Below, piece by piece: positions 1 through 8,962 of a DNA stretch of 64,000 nt. This DNA comes from Permianibacter sp. GTDB lineage: Bacteria > Pseudomonadota > Gammaproteobacteria > Enterobacterales > Permianibacteraceae. The stretch is taken from contig JAYSEY010000015.1 in NCBI GenBank assembly GCA_041913605.1, positions 20,743 to 84,742 on the forward strand. The letters are read 5' to 3'. The notes under the pieces are model-generated. The model was not told the DNA's origin. It saw only the letters and a list, made by a program, of their open reading frames with translations, and made no database searches. Position numbers and translations under genes: made by a program. Each line of letters opens with the position of its first letter. Position 1 is the stretch's first letter.

Positions 1-1
1 G

Positions 2-217
2 CGCGTTGATCCGTCGCGCGATACTGTGCTGATCGACAACACGCCGATCGACTATCTTGATTTCGCTTCGCCGGTATCCGGTCTCGGTTCGAAAATGGGC
101 ATCGACGCCACGCACAAGTGGCCGGGTGAAACCACGCGCGAATGGGGACGGGCGATCGTCATGCGTGAAGACATCAAGACGCGCGTTGACCAGATCTGGT
201 CATCGCTGGGGCTGTAA
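2..217 (+). CDS. ubiD: UbiD decarboxylase, C-terminal fragment (5' truncated by window)
   Basis: Frame from nt 2 reads [37 protein letters not shown], the characteristic UbiD C-terminus. Confidence 0.95.
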   Translation, partial: RVDPSRDTVLIDNTPIDYLDFASPVSGLGSKMGIDATHKWPGETTREWGRAIVMREDIKTRVDQIWSSLGL

Positions 218-1267
218 ATGAAATACCAGTTGCAGATCCTGCCGTCCGGGCATCGCACGCAGATTGATGATCAGTGTGGTCTGGTTGAAGCACTGGAACA
301 GCAGGGCTTCGTCACGCCGCACAGTTGTCTGGCGGCCAGTTGCGGCGTTTGCCGTGCGCGTCTTGTCAGCGGCCAGGTCAGCTACGACAACGATCAGGTC
401 CTGCACGCGCTCAGCGACGAAGAAATGGCCGCGCATTACATTCTGCCCTGCGTGGCGCGCGCGCAATCGGATCTGGTGCTGGAGTGGCCGGATGTATTGG
501 CCCCCGGCGAACGCGCCGTGCAACGCCTGTCACTGGCGGTGCTGGGTGTCGAGGCGCTGAATGCTGATGCCGGAGCTGGCGATGCCGGTGTTGCCGACAC
601 GTTCCGTGTGCGCATGCAATTGCCGCCCAGTACGCGTCCGCGCTTTGATGCTGGCCAGTATTTGTTGCTGGTCATGCCCGATGGCAGTGAACGCGCGTTC
701 TCGATTGCTTCGGCGCCGGAATCATCCGAACTGGAATTGCATATCCGCGCCGTGCCCGGTCACCAGTCGGCGCTGGATGTGGTCGAACATTTTCGCCGGC
801 GCAGCATCGTCACGGTGAAACTGCCGCTTGGTCGTGCGCGTTTGCCGGAGAATGATCAGCCCCTGTTGCTGATCGCTGGCGGCACCGGCCTGTCGCCGAT
901 GAAATCGGTGATCGAATCGCTGATGGCGCGCGGTGTGTCGCGACCGGTGTACCTGTACTGGGGAGTAGCCGAAGCGCAGCAACTCTACTTGCACGAACAG
1001 TTGCAGGCCTGGGTGACAGCGCACGACTGGCTGCACTACACACCGGTACTGGCAGGTACTCATGCAGACTGGACGGGGGCGCGCGGTTTTCCGCACGAAC
1101 ATGCGCTGGCTGATCACGCAGGTGGTCTGACGCAGATGGCGATTTTTGTCAGCGGCTCGGAACCGATGGCGCGGGTCGTGTACGCAGCGCTGAAGGCACT
1201 GCAGATCAGCGATGAAAACATCTACTGCGACTGGGTCGATCTTCTGAAAGCACAAAACCGGCTCTAA
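218..1267 (+). CDS. 2Fe-2S ferredoxin + FAD/NAD(P)-binding oxidoreductase (Fre / CDP-6-deoxy-3,4-glucoseen reductase-like)
   Basis: SCLAASCGVC...ILPC ferredoxin cysteines, RAFSIAS and IAGGTGLSP FNR motifs; abuts the ubiD stop (TAAATG). Confidence 0.9.
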   Translation: MKYQLQILPSGHRTQIDDQCGLVEALEQQGFVTPHSCLAASCGVCRARLVSGQVSYDNDQVLHALSDEEMAAHYILPCVARAQSDLVLEWPDVLAPGERAVQRLSLAVLGVEALNADAGAGDAGVADTFRVRMQLPPSTRPRFDAGQYLLLVMPDGSERAFSIASAPESSELELHIRAVPGHQSALDVVEHFRRRSIVTVKLPLGRARLPENDQPLLLIAGGTGLSPMKSVIESLMARGVSRPVYLYWGVAEAQQLYLHEQLQAWVTAHDWLHYTPVLAGTHADWTGARGFPHEHALADHAGGLTQMAIFVSGSEPMARVVYAALKALQISDENIYCDWVDLLKAQNRL

Positions 1268-1285
1268 GGCCGGTTTTGTGTTTTT
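1251..1285 (+). terminator. Intrinsic terminator overlapping the reductase stop
   Basis: CACAAAACCGGC-tctaag-GCCGGTTTTGTG followed by TTTTT. Confidence 0.8.
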
Positions 1286-1307
1286 GGGGTAGCAATGATC
1301 CTGTTTC

Positions 1308-1341
1308 CCGTTCGTCCTGAGCCCGTCGAAGGACAGAACGG
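1308..1341 (+). repeat. REP-like palindrome, family A (CCGTTCG.CCTGAGC..GTCGAAGG)
   Basis: ccgttcgtcctgagcccgtcgaaggacagaacgg; near-identical copies at 6084, 28667, 32040. Confidence 0.8.
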
Positions 1342-1467
1342 CGCACCACGGTCAGAACTTTCGGTTCCGCTTGATCGGCAACATGGAGTCGCATAACGAA
1401 GGGCTTCGTGGGTTTGTCCAGGGCTTCCGTGAGGGTAGGGTGAACTGATATCGGGCAACGTGCCTGC

Positions 1468-2457
1468 TCAGCTCTTGATGCCCAGTTTTTTCAGTTCATC
1501 TTCCAGCTTTTCGCTTTTCAGGGTTTTGTTGTCTTTGGCCACTTCCACAAGCAGCGCTTTTTCGGCTGCTTCGTTTTTCTGGTGACGGTAAATCTGCGCC
1601 AGCCAGAACTTGGCCCAGGTGTGGTTGCTGGCGGATTTTTTCTTGCTGTCGCTGGCAATATAGGTTTTCAGCGCGGTTTCGCCCTCGCCGAGATATTTGC
1701 CGGATGCAGCGGCCAGTCGCCCGCGATCAAACGCCACTTTGATTTCGTCCGGAAAATCGCTTTGCAGTTGCGTCAGCACCGCGTTGGCCTCATCCCATTT
1801 TTCGCTGCTGCTCAGCACGCTGGCCAGCGTATAGCGATAGCCCGGTTTATCCGGTCGTGCGGCGATGGCTTCCTGCAGGGCGGTCACCATGGGCTGGTAA
1901 TCCCTGGTTTCCTTGAGCGTGATTTGAGACTGGGCCAGTTTGCCTTCGATGGCATCGACCGCCATCAGTGTTTCGGCTTGTTTTTTCGCTTTGTCGATAC
2001 CGCCGCCGACCATTGAGGGGGCGCCCATGTAAAAACCGAACAGTGACAAATGGGCATCGACCAGTTTCGGATCCAGTTTCAGCGCTTTTTCGTAGGCTTC
2101 GCGGCAGTCGCCGGCATAGGATGCCGCACTGATCAGGTTGGCCTGCTGGGCTTGGGCGCAGGACATGTTGCCAAAGCTGAGCTGGTATTTTGCGTTGTTT
2201 GGATGCGCCTCGATCAATTCTTCAAGGATGTCCTCTGCCGCATCCAGATCGCCTTCACGCAGGGCAATGCGGGCGAGAAAATGCTGGGCTTCATGGCCGC
2301 GCGCTTTGTCTGCGGCAAGGCGTGTGAACAGTTTTTTTGCGGCGGCGTAGTCAGCGCTTTCGAACAGTTGTTCACCGGTTTGCCAGTCATCGGCGCGGAC
2401 CGGTGTGGCGAGCAGCAGAGCGGGGAGCAGGGCGGCAACGAGCAGTGAGGGTTTCAT
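1468..2457 (-). CDS. Secreted tetratricopeptide-repeat protein
   Basis: Signal peptide MKPSLLVAALLPALLLATPVRA, GGAG RBS before ATG 2457, helical TPR-like repeats (YEKALKLDPKLVDAHLSL). Confidence 0.8.
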   Translation of the reverse strand: MKPSLLVAALLPALLLATPVRADDWQTGEQLFESADYAAAKKLFTRLAADKARGHEAQHFLARIALREGDLDAAEDILEELIEAHPNNAKYQLSFGNMSCAQAQQANLISAASYAGDCREAYEKALKLDPKLVDAHLSLFGFYMGAPSMVGGGIDKAKKQAETLMAVDAIEGKLAQSQITLKETRDYQPMVTALQEAIAARPDKPGYRYTLASVLSSSEKWDEANAVLTQLQSDFPDEIKVAFDRGRLAAASGKYLGEGETALKTYIASDSKKKSASNHTWAKFWLAQIYRHQKNEAAEKALLVEVAKDNKTLKSEKLEDELKKLGIKS

Positions 2458-2596
2458 GTGCGTCTCCATGTGCATGAGCGCACCCAGTGTGCCGCAGTTC
2501 CATAACTGCCGGCTGAACGGAAACAGCTGTTTACCGGAAATGCAGGGGCGGACAAATGCAGTCTCGCCGGCGTCACAATCAGGCGGTGACAGGCAC

Positions 2597-4657
2597 TCAG
2601 AACTCCCACTCCAGTTGCGCACGCAGGGCGCGGCGCGCACCGGGAATGCCGCAGGCATACGAGGTGGTGGTGGAGCCGGTATCCCAGCTGTCTTCGTCGC
2701 CGATGTTTTCCAGCTGCAGGCCGAGCCGCAACTGTTCATCCAGCCGGTACAGCACATTCAGCGACCAGATCCGGTACGCGTCCTGCCGGATGTAGTGATC
2801 GCCGTCAGCGCGGGTGTTCAGGTGTTCGCGTTTGCCGCGCGCGACCAGCGTCAGCGCGCTTTGCCAGTCGCCCTGATCGAACATCAGTGCCAGTGATCCG
2901 AAGTTGCGATCAAAGCGTTGCGGCGCCGGCTGATCATCGAGCAGATGCGTCCAGGTGGCGCGCAATTGCCAGTGACTGTCGAACTGCAGCAGGCCTTCCC
3001 ATTCCAGTCCGCGCATGCGTTCGCTGGCGGCATTGCGTGTGGTGGTCAGGCCGGGCAGCGCGCCCACCGGCACTTCTTTTTGCACGTCTTCGAAACGGCT
3101 GTCGAACGCGGTCAGTGTCGATTGCAGCCAGTCGGTTTTTTCCGTCCAGACCATTTCCAGTGTGCGCACGGTTTCCGGTTTCAGTGCCGGATTGCCGATG
3201 CTGACCGGACTGTTGACTGCCGACAGCCGGCGCACTGATGGCGCGCGGAACGCTTGACCGTATTGCAATTTGAATTGCCGATCCGCGCTGCGGCGATGGA
3301 TCAGCGCCAGTCGCGGATTGCTGGTGCTGCCGAAATCATCGTAGTGATCGCCGCGCCAGCCAATCACGACATCGGTATCCGCTGTCAGCGCCCAGCGATC
3401 CTGGGCGAACACGCCGACAATATCGCGGGTGCCCTGATCGCCCAGCGGCCGGTAAATGCCGTCAGCGTCGTAGCGGATGAAACGCGACTGGCCGAAGACA
3501 TTGACGTCGACAAAGGCTTGGATGTCATAGCTGTGCGAGGAAACGGCGCGGACGATGTCTTCGTGACGGTATTCAATGCCGGTGGTGAACTGGTGTTGAT
3601 CATGCCAGTTGCGGTGCGCGACCAGACGCCATTGCTGCTGGCGCAGATCGTAACCGGGGCCGCCGGTGAAATCGGCGACCACGTCGATCAGGCCGCGGTT
3701 GTACAACGCCTGCATGCCGGCGGCCGGTACCAGGCGCAGGTGATTCTCCTGTTCGATGCGCAGCCAGTGACCGTCGAAACGCAGATCCCATTCACCCACG
3801 CGCAGCGGCCAGCTGGCGCTGAATGCCTGCTGTTCACTGTCGCTGCGGTTGTGGCGATCACTGACGCGACCAAACAGGTAGAAGCCGTCCGCTTCGCGCT
3901 GCAGCCAACGTGCCGACAGCTGCACATCGCCCAGTTGCGCGCGCAAACCCAGTTCGCGCCCGGCGCGCGCATCGCGCGTGCGACCTTCGGGCGTGTCGTA
4001 GAGTTGTCCGTCGTAGGAAAACTCGCGCGCGTGGAACGCGAACGACTGCTCGCCGCCCGCCAGTTGCGTATGCAGGTGTGCGGCGACAAAGACATCGCGC
4101 TCGCCGTCTTCGCCGATGCGCAGGCGTGCGCCGCTGGCATCGGGATCGGTGACGATATTGATCACGGCGGCAAAGGCATTGGACCCGTACAGCGCCGAGC
4201 CGGGACCGCGGATGATCTCCACCTGACGGATGTTGTCGGTGGTGAGCAGAAAATTCATGAAGGTGGCGCCGTCCGACCACGGATCGTTCAGACGCTGGCC
4301 GTCGAGCAGCAGCAGGATGTCCACGCCGGCGCCGGGCATGCGTCCGCGTGCCGAGAGCGTGTAGCCGAGATTCTGTTGTTCGTTGCGATCGGCGCGCAGG
4401 CCGGGCACGAAATTGACCAGCGCTTCGACGCTGTGCACGCCGAGACGACGCAACTGATCGCGACTGAAGACGCTGACCGATGACGGCGCATCGAGCGGAT
4501 TTTCGTCGCGCAGGCTGGCGACTGACACACGCACCTGGCTGAGTTGTTCCAGGCCGAGGGCAAAGACATCGTCGCCGGCGTTGTCGCTGGCGAGTGCTGA
4601 GGCAGGCAACACGCTGCACAGGCAAAACCAAACCGCAAGGCTGGAGCGGTCAGTCAT
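2597..4657 (-). CDS. TonB-dependent receptor
   Basis: Signal peptide, plug motif IRQVEIIRGPGSALYGSNAFAAVINIVT, NPALKPET, C-terminal LEWEF. Confidence 0.93.
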   Translation of the reverse strand: MTDRSSLAVWFCLCSVLPASALASDNAGDDVFALGLEQLSQVRVSVASLRDENPLDAPSSVSVFSRDQLRRLGVHSVEALVNFVPGLRADRNEQQNLGYTLSARGRMPGAGVDILLLLDGQRLNDPWSDGATFMNFLLTTDNIRQVEIIRGPGSALYGSNAFAAVINIVTDPDASGARLRIGEDGERDVFVAAHLHTQLAGGEQSFAFHAREFSYDGQLYDTPEGRTRDARAGRELGLRAQLGDVQLSARWLQREADGFYLFGRVSDRHNRSDSEQQAFSASWPLRVGEWDLRFDGHWLRIEQENHLRLVPAAGMQALYNRGLIDVVADFTGGPGYDLRQQQWRLVAHRNWHDQHQFTTGIEYRHEDIVRAVSSHSYDIQAFVDVNVFGQSRFIRYDADGIYRPLGDQGTRDIVGVFAQDRWALTADTDVVIGWRGDHYDDFGSTSNPRLALIHRRSADRQFKLQYGQAFRAPSVRRLSAVNSPVSIGNPALKPETVRTLEMVWTEKTDWLQSTLTAFDSRFEDVQKEVPVGALPGLTTTRNAASERMRGLEWEGLLQFDSHWQLRATWTHLLDDQPAPQRFDRNFGSLALMFDQGDWQSALTLVARGKREHLNTRADGDHYIRQDAYRIWSLNVLYRLDEQLRLGLQLENIGDEDSWDTGSTTTSYACGIPGARRALRAQLEWEF

Positions 4658-4828
4658 GTCGGATCCTCGTCTCGCGGTCAGCGCGGTGTGCTGCCGGGTT
4701 TTGTTTTGCCGGTTCTGCATGGGGCAGGCCGGAGGAACTCAGGACGGAGAACAGGGATACGGGAGCCGGCGCGGAAATGCAAGCCTGCGCGCGCGTTTCA
4801 TGCGGAGGATGGACAAATGGCAGACAGC

Positions 4829-4857
4829 AAAAAGCCCGGACCAGCCGGGCTTTTTTT
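4829..4857. terminator. Intrinsic terminator downstream of rpoH (A and T tails, possibly bidirectional)
   Basis: AAAAAGCCCGG-acca-GCCGGGCTTTTTTT. Confidence 0.85.
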
Positions 4858-4917
4858 ACGCGTCGCTCTGTGACGAAGTGGCGGCGCTGCGGCGTTGTGG
4901 CTCAGCAGCGCATAAGC

Positions 4918-5766
4918 TCAGGCGACCAGTGCCGTGCGCAGTTTCTTCATGGCATTGGCTTCGATCTGGCGGATACGCTCGGCCGACACGCCGTAGTGAT
5001 CAGCGAGATCCTGCAGTGTGGCTTTGTCGTCATCCAGCCAGCGGCGTTTGAGAATGTGCTGGCTGCGATCATCGAGCGTGCGCAGTGCATGACCGAGGCG
5101 CTCTTCGTGATGCGCGTGCCAGTCGCCTTCTTCCAGGGCGGTGGCCGGATCGTAACGGCGATCTTCCAGATACTGTTCCGGTGCGAAGGCGACGCTGTCG
5201 TCGTCATCAACCGGCGCATCGAACGAGGCATCGCGCGAATACAGGCGCGCTTCCATGCGGTGCACTTCTTCCACCGGCACATTCAGATCGCGGGCCACGA
5301 CTTCGGCTTCTTCGCGGGTCAGCCAGTTGGAACCGGTTTTCGCGCGGCGCAGGTTGAAGAACAGTTTGCGTTGCGCCTTGGTGGTGGCGACTTTGACGAT
5401 GCGCCAGTTCTTCAGCACGAACTCGTGAATTTCCGCCTTGATCCAGTGCACCGCGAAGGACACCAGACGCACGCCCTGATCCGGATTGAAGCGCTTCACC
5501 GCTTTCATCAGGCCGATGTTGCCTTCCTGGATCAGATCGCCCTGCGGCAGGCCGTAGCCGGAATAGGAACGGGCGATGTGCACGACAAAACGCAGGTGCG
5601 AGACGACCATCTGGCGAGCGGCGTCGAGGTCGCCCTGCTCGGTGTAGCGACGCGCCAGCGCCTGCTCTTCCTCGACCGTCAGCAGCGGGATGGCGTTCAC
5701 CGTCGAAATGTAAGCCTCCAGGCTGCCCTGGGGAACGACAGGAACCATGGCCATGCGGTTGCTCAT
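4918..5766 (-). CDS. rpoH: RNA polymerase sigma-32 factor
   Basis: [17 protein letters not shown], RpoH box QRKLFFNLR, region 4 [11 protein letters not shown]; GAGGAG RBS before ATG 5766; follows ftsEX. Confidence 0.98.
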   Translation of the reverse strand: MSNRMAMVPVVPQGSLEAYISTVNAIPLLTVEEEQALARRYTEQGDLDAARQMVVSHLRFVVHIARSYSGYGLPQGDLIQEGNIGLMKAVKRFNPDQGVRLVSFAVHWIKAEIHEFVLKNWRIVKVATTKAQRKLFFNLRRAKTGSNWLTREEAEVVARDLNVPVEEVHRMEARLYSRDASFDAPVDDDDSVAFAPEQYLEDRRYDPATALEEGDWHAHHEERLGHALRTLDDRSQHILKRRWLDDDKATLQDLADHYGVSAERIRQIEANAMKKLRTALVA

Positions 5767-5824
5767 CTTCGGCACTCCTCTGGGCGGGCCGCCGGACCTT
5801 CCGGCCACCCGCGATTGGGGCAAT

Positions 5825-5851
5825 TTAGCACTCGCCCCCTGAGAGTGCCAG
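5825..5851. promoter_or_regulatory. CIRCE element (HrcA operator) upstream of rpoH
   Basis: TTAGCACTC-gccccctga(N9)-GAGTGCCAG against consensus TTAGCACTC-N9-GAGTGCTAA. Confidence 0.88.
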
Positions 5852-6062
5852 CGATCGGGAAAAGTTTCCGACCGGTCGTCTTGTTTCGGAATATTTCTGT
5901 TCTTTGGCCGTCCAGACGTAAGCAATGCACTCTGAGGCACATGCCGCTCAGTCACGACCTCCTGAATGACGAACCGGAAGAAATTCCGTTCGCCCGGAGC
6001 GCTTCGTCAGGCCCGGGACAGGCCAGGTCAAAGAGGGGGGCGGGATGGCAACGGCTCGCAAA

Positions 6063-6119
6063 CCAGAAACCCCGTTCGGCAGGCCCTTCGACGGGCGCAG
6101 GGCGAACAGGGTTTTCTGG
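6063..6119 (-). repeat. REP-like palindrome family A inside a larger hairpin
   Basis: cccttcgacgggcgcagggcgaacagg (reverse copy) flanked by ccagaaac / gttttctgg. Confidence 0.75.
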
Positions 6120-6167
6120 CCTGAATGGCTTTGGCCTGAAGCGACGTTTTCAGACCCGGCAAGCGTC

Positions 6168-7148
6168 TCAACGCGGCTGGATGGCGCGCAGGTGGCGGTT
6201 GACCGAGAGCATGGCGCCGACCAGACCGAGCAGCACGCCGAACAGCAGCAGCGCCGCGACATCACTGAAGCGCAGGCCGGCCAGCCGGAACTGGCTGTCG
6301 TAGAGGCCGGCCAGCTCGGCCACCGGCGTCGCCAGCGACAGCAGCAGCAGGCTGACCAGCAGGCTGGCGAGCAGGGCGCCGCCCATGCCGAACCACAGGC
6401 CCAGGTAAAGGAAAGGCCGGCGGATGAAAGCGTCGGTGGCGCCGACCAGCTTGATCACTTCGATCTCGCTGCGCCGGTTCTCGATGGTCAGCCGTATGGT
6501 GTTGCTGACAATCAGCACCACCGCGGCGGCCAGCAGCAGGCCGAGCCCTTCGGCGGCCCGGCCGGCGATGCGCAGCAGGGCATGCAGCCGGCGCAGCCAT
6601 TCCAGATCCAGCGTCGCCGACTCGACTTCCGGCAGGGCACGCAGCCGGGTCAGCAACTGCTCGGCCTCGACCGGCGTCTGGTAGTGCGCGGCTGGCAGCA
6701 CTTCTATCGTCGCCGGCAACGGGTTGCCGTCCAGATAGTCCAGCGCCACGCCCAGCCCGGACTGGGCGCGGAAGCGGTCGAGGTTGTCGGCGGCGGAATG
6801 GAACTGCGCTTCGCTGACGTCGCCTTCGCTGAGCAGGCGCGCGACCAGCGCGCGGCCACTGTCCTCACTGACCGTGCTGTTGAGATAGAGCGTGACGCGG
6901 GCGGCATCGTCCCAGTTGCCGGCCACGGCGGCGCCGTTGCGCAGCAAGACCTGCAGGCTCATCGGCAGGGCCAGGGCGACGGCGATGACCAGCAGCGTGA
7001 ACAGCGTGCTGATCGGCGCGCCGAGCAGATCACGCAGCGAGCGCTGGGCGTCGAGCTGGTGGCTGTGCAGCCACATGCCCAGTCGCGAGGCGAATGTCGG
7101 TTTCGAGATCACCGCGCCTGACGGCGCGCCGCTCGGAGTGTCAAACAT
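6168..7148 (-). CDS. ftsX: Cell-division permease FtsX
   Basis: IVSNTIRLTIENRRSEIEVIKLVGATDAFIRRPFLYLG; four TM segments; overlaps the ftsE stop. Confidence 0.97.
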   Translation of the reverse strand: MFDTPSGAPSGAVISKPTFASRLGMWLHSHQLDAQRSLRDLLGAPISTLFTLLVIAVALALPMSLQVLLRNGAAVAGNWDDAARVTLYLNSTVSEDSGRALVARLLSEGDVSEAQFHSAADNLDRFRAQSGLGVALDYLDGNPLPATIEVLPAAHYQTPVEAEQLLTRLRALPEVESATLDLEWLRRLHALLRIAGRAAEGLGLLLAAAVVLIVSNTIRLTIENRRSEIEVIKLVGATDAFIRRPFLYLGLWFGMGGALLASLLVSLLLLSLATPVAELAGLYDSQFRLAGLRFSDVAALLLFGVLLGLVGAMLSVNRHLRAIQPR

Positions 7149-7854
7149 GGCCGGCCTCCTGCGCCTGTTGCGCGCTCGATGCCGGACCGGACTGTGGCGG
7201 CCAGGGCTGAAGCTGGCCCTGCCTGAGCACCAGCTGGCGCTTGCCCATCGGTTCGATGAGGTGCAGGTCGTGGGTGGCGATCAGCACCGTGGTGCCAACC
7301 TGCTGGAACTTCTCGAACAGGCGCATGATCTCCACTGACAAGTCCGGGTCGAGGTTACCGGTCGGCTCGTCGGCCAGCAGGATGGGCGGCCGGTTGACCA
7401 CCGCGCGGGCGATGCCGACCCGCTGCTGCTCGCCGCCGGAGAGCATGATCGGCCGCGATTTTTCCTTGGACAGCAGGCCGACCATGTCCAGCGCCGCGCG
7501 CACGCGCTTGCCGATCTCCTTGTGCGGAAAGCCGCTGATCACCAGCGGCAGGGCGACGTTGTCGAACACCGTGCGATCAAACAGCAGACGGTGGTCCTGG
7601 AAGATCAGGCCGATCTGCCGGCGCAGGAAGGGAATGTCGCGCCGCGTCATGCTGCCCAGATCGTGGCCGCCGACGAACACCCGGCCCTGACTGGGCCGCT
7701 CCATCAGCGCGATCAGGCGCAGAACCGTGGATTTGCCGGCGCCGGAATGGCCGGTCAGAAAGGCCATGTCTCCGGCCTGCAGCTCGAAGGACAGGCCGCG
7801 CAGGGCATCAAAGCCGGTGTCGTAGCGCTTGGCGACAGCATCAAAACGGATCAC
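7141..7854 (-). CDS. ftsE: Cell-division ABC ATPase FtsE
   Basis: GHSGAGKST Walker A, LSGGEQQRVGIARA, LADEPTGNLD; GTG start at 7854 after GGGAGG. Confidence 0.97.
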   Translation of the reverse strand: MIRFDAVAKRYDTGFDALRGLSFELQAGDMAFLTGHSGAGKSTVLRLIALMERPSQGRVFVGGHDLGSMTRRDIPFLRRQIGLIFQDHRLLFDRTVFDNVALPLVISGFPHKEIGKRVRAALDMVGLLSKEKSRPIMLSGGEQQRVGIARAVVNRPPILLADEPTGNLDPDLSVEIMRLFEKFQQVGTTVLIATHDLHLIEPMGKRQLVLRQGQLQPWPPQSGPASSAQQAQEAGHV

Positions 7855-8030
7855 GCCAGTCCGGCCTCCCTGTTGAAGAGGGCGCCATGATGCATGGCGG
7901 GACGGCGGTCGGAAAGCCTGAATGCGGGCAACGGCCCCGGCAGAGGCAGCCGGTCGCGACGGGCGCAGGGTTTGCACCCGGAGCGGGCTTACGCTGGCGT
8001 CGCAACTCCAGTCCTTTCCGAGGTGACGTC

Positions 8031-8225
8031 ATGCAACGCTTGCTGTTTGCTCCTGCCCGCCCGGCACGTCAGCGCCGGCTTCCGGCCCGGTCCATCCCCC
8101 TGGCCGCCTCGCTTTCTTCCAGCGAACGCGAGCGCCGCCGCCTCGCGCTCGAAGACCGCCTGCTCGGCCTCGGCCTCGCCTTCTGCCTGCTGGTGCAGGC
8201 CGGGGTGATGCTGTCGCAGCTGTAG
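8031..8225 (+). CDS. Hypothetical 64-aa protein with C-terminal TM segment
   Basis: GAGGTG RBS before ATG 8031; ends in hydrophobic LLGLGLAFCLLVQAGVMLSQL; fills the gap between ftsE and the repeats. Confidence 0.5.
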   Translation: MQRLLFAPARPARQRRLPARSIPLAASLSSSERERRRLALEDRLLGLGLAFCLLVQAGVMLSQL

Positions 8226-8240
8226 GGGTGACACCGTCCA

Positions 8241-8672
8241 CGGCTGCGCCGTGCAAACCCGCTCCCGGCGGGTTTGTCGAACGGGCACGTTCTTCGGCCG
8301 GACACACCAGAAATGCAAAAGCCTCCACAAGGGAGGCTGTCGTACGTGTCGCGTGCGCCCGACACGATGCACGCGGCCCATCCCCGGGCCGCGCCCTGCG
8401 GGCGGCTGCGCCGTGCAAACCCGCTCCCGGCGGGTTTGTCGAACGGGCACGTTCTTCGGCCGGACACACCAGAAATGCAAAAGCCTCCACAAGGGAGGCT
8501 GTCGTACGTGTCGCGTGCGCCCGACACGATGCACGCGGCCCATCCCCGGGCCGCGCCCTGCGGGCGGCTGCGCCGTGCAAACCCGCTCCCGGCGGGTTTG
8601 TCGAACGGGCACGTTCTTCGGCCGGACACACCAGAAATGCAAAAGCCTCCACAGGGGAGGCTTTTGCATTTC
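8241..8672 (-). repeat. tRNA-linked tandem repeat, 162-bp period, about 2.7 copies (RtT-like)
   Basis: Unit starts at 8241, 8403, 8565. The two units nearest the tRNA each carry a 14-nt copy of the tRNA 3' end (8355-8368, 8517-8530) and a terminator hairpin core. Confidence 0.95.
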
Positions 8673-8675
8673 TGG
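8631..8675 (-). terminator. Terminator immediately after tRNA-Arg
   Basis: 20-bp inverted repeat ccagaaatgcaaaagcctcc / ggaggcttttgcatttctgg; one arm includes the tRNA CCA. Confidence 0.85.
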
Positions 8676-8749
8676 CGCGCCCGACACGATTCGAACGTGC
8701 GACCCCTGCCTTCGGAGGGCAGTACTCTATCCAACTGAGCTACGGGCGC
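8673..8749 (-). tRNA. tRNA-Arg (anticodon CCG)
   Basis: GCGCCCGTAGCTCAGTTGGATAGAGTACTGCCCTCCGAAGGCAGGGGTCGCACGTTCGAATCGTGTCGGGCGCGCCA: 77-nt cloverleaf, anticodon loop CTCCGAA, CCA end. Confidence 0.99.
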
Positions 8750-8859
8750 TGGAAAACGGCTGGGCTGTGCCGGGCGCAGGGCGGGGTTGCAGGAGCGAAC
8801 CACCGCCGCGGCCGGCGTAGCGTACGGGCTACCTGCATGGAGGCAGGGCTACCGGACAG

Positions 8860-8895
8860 CGTGCGCATCTTACCGGCGAGGCGGCGGGTCGTCCA
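8860..8895 (-). promoter_or_regulatory. Putative sigma70 promoter of tRNA-Arg
   Basis: TTGGAC-N18-TAAGAT followed by a GC-rich discriminator GCGCAC. Confidence 0.5.
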
Positions 8896-8930
8896 ATCGC
8901 TTTGTCTGGCCGTTTTGTGGCCGCGAACGG

Positions 8931-8962
8931 AAAAAAAACGGCCGATGCAAAGGCATCGGCCG
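8931..8962 (-). terminator. Strong orphan intrinsic terminator
   Basis: CGGCCGATGC-cttt-GCATCGGCCG-TTTTTTTT on the minus strand. Confidence 0.85.

Noticed and set aside
4594-6303. Long antisense ORFs (also 16539-18272, 23811-25187, 26329-27759, 36060-37478, 43053-44360)
   Set aside because: Shadow frames opposite well-supported genes, common at high GC; no motifs of their own.
8241-8672. CRISPR array
   Set aside because: Units are 162 bp and near-identical throughout, with no unique spacers and no cas genes. They are tRNA-linked repeats.
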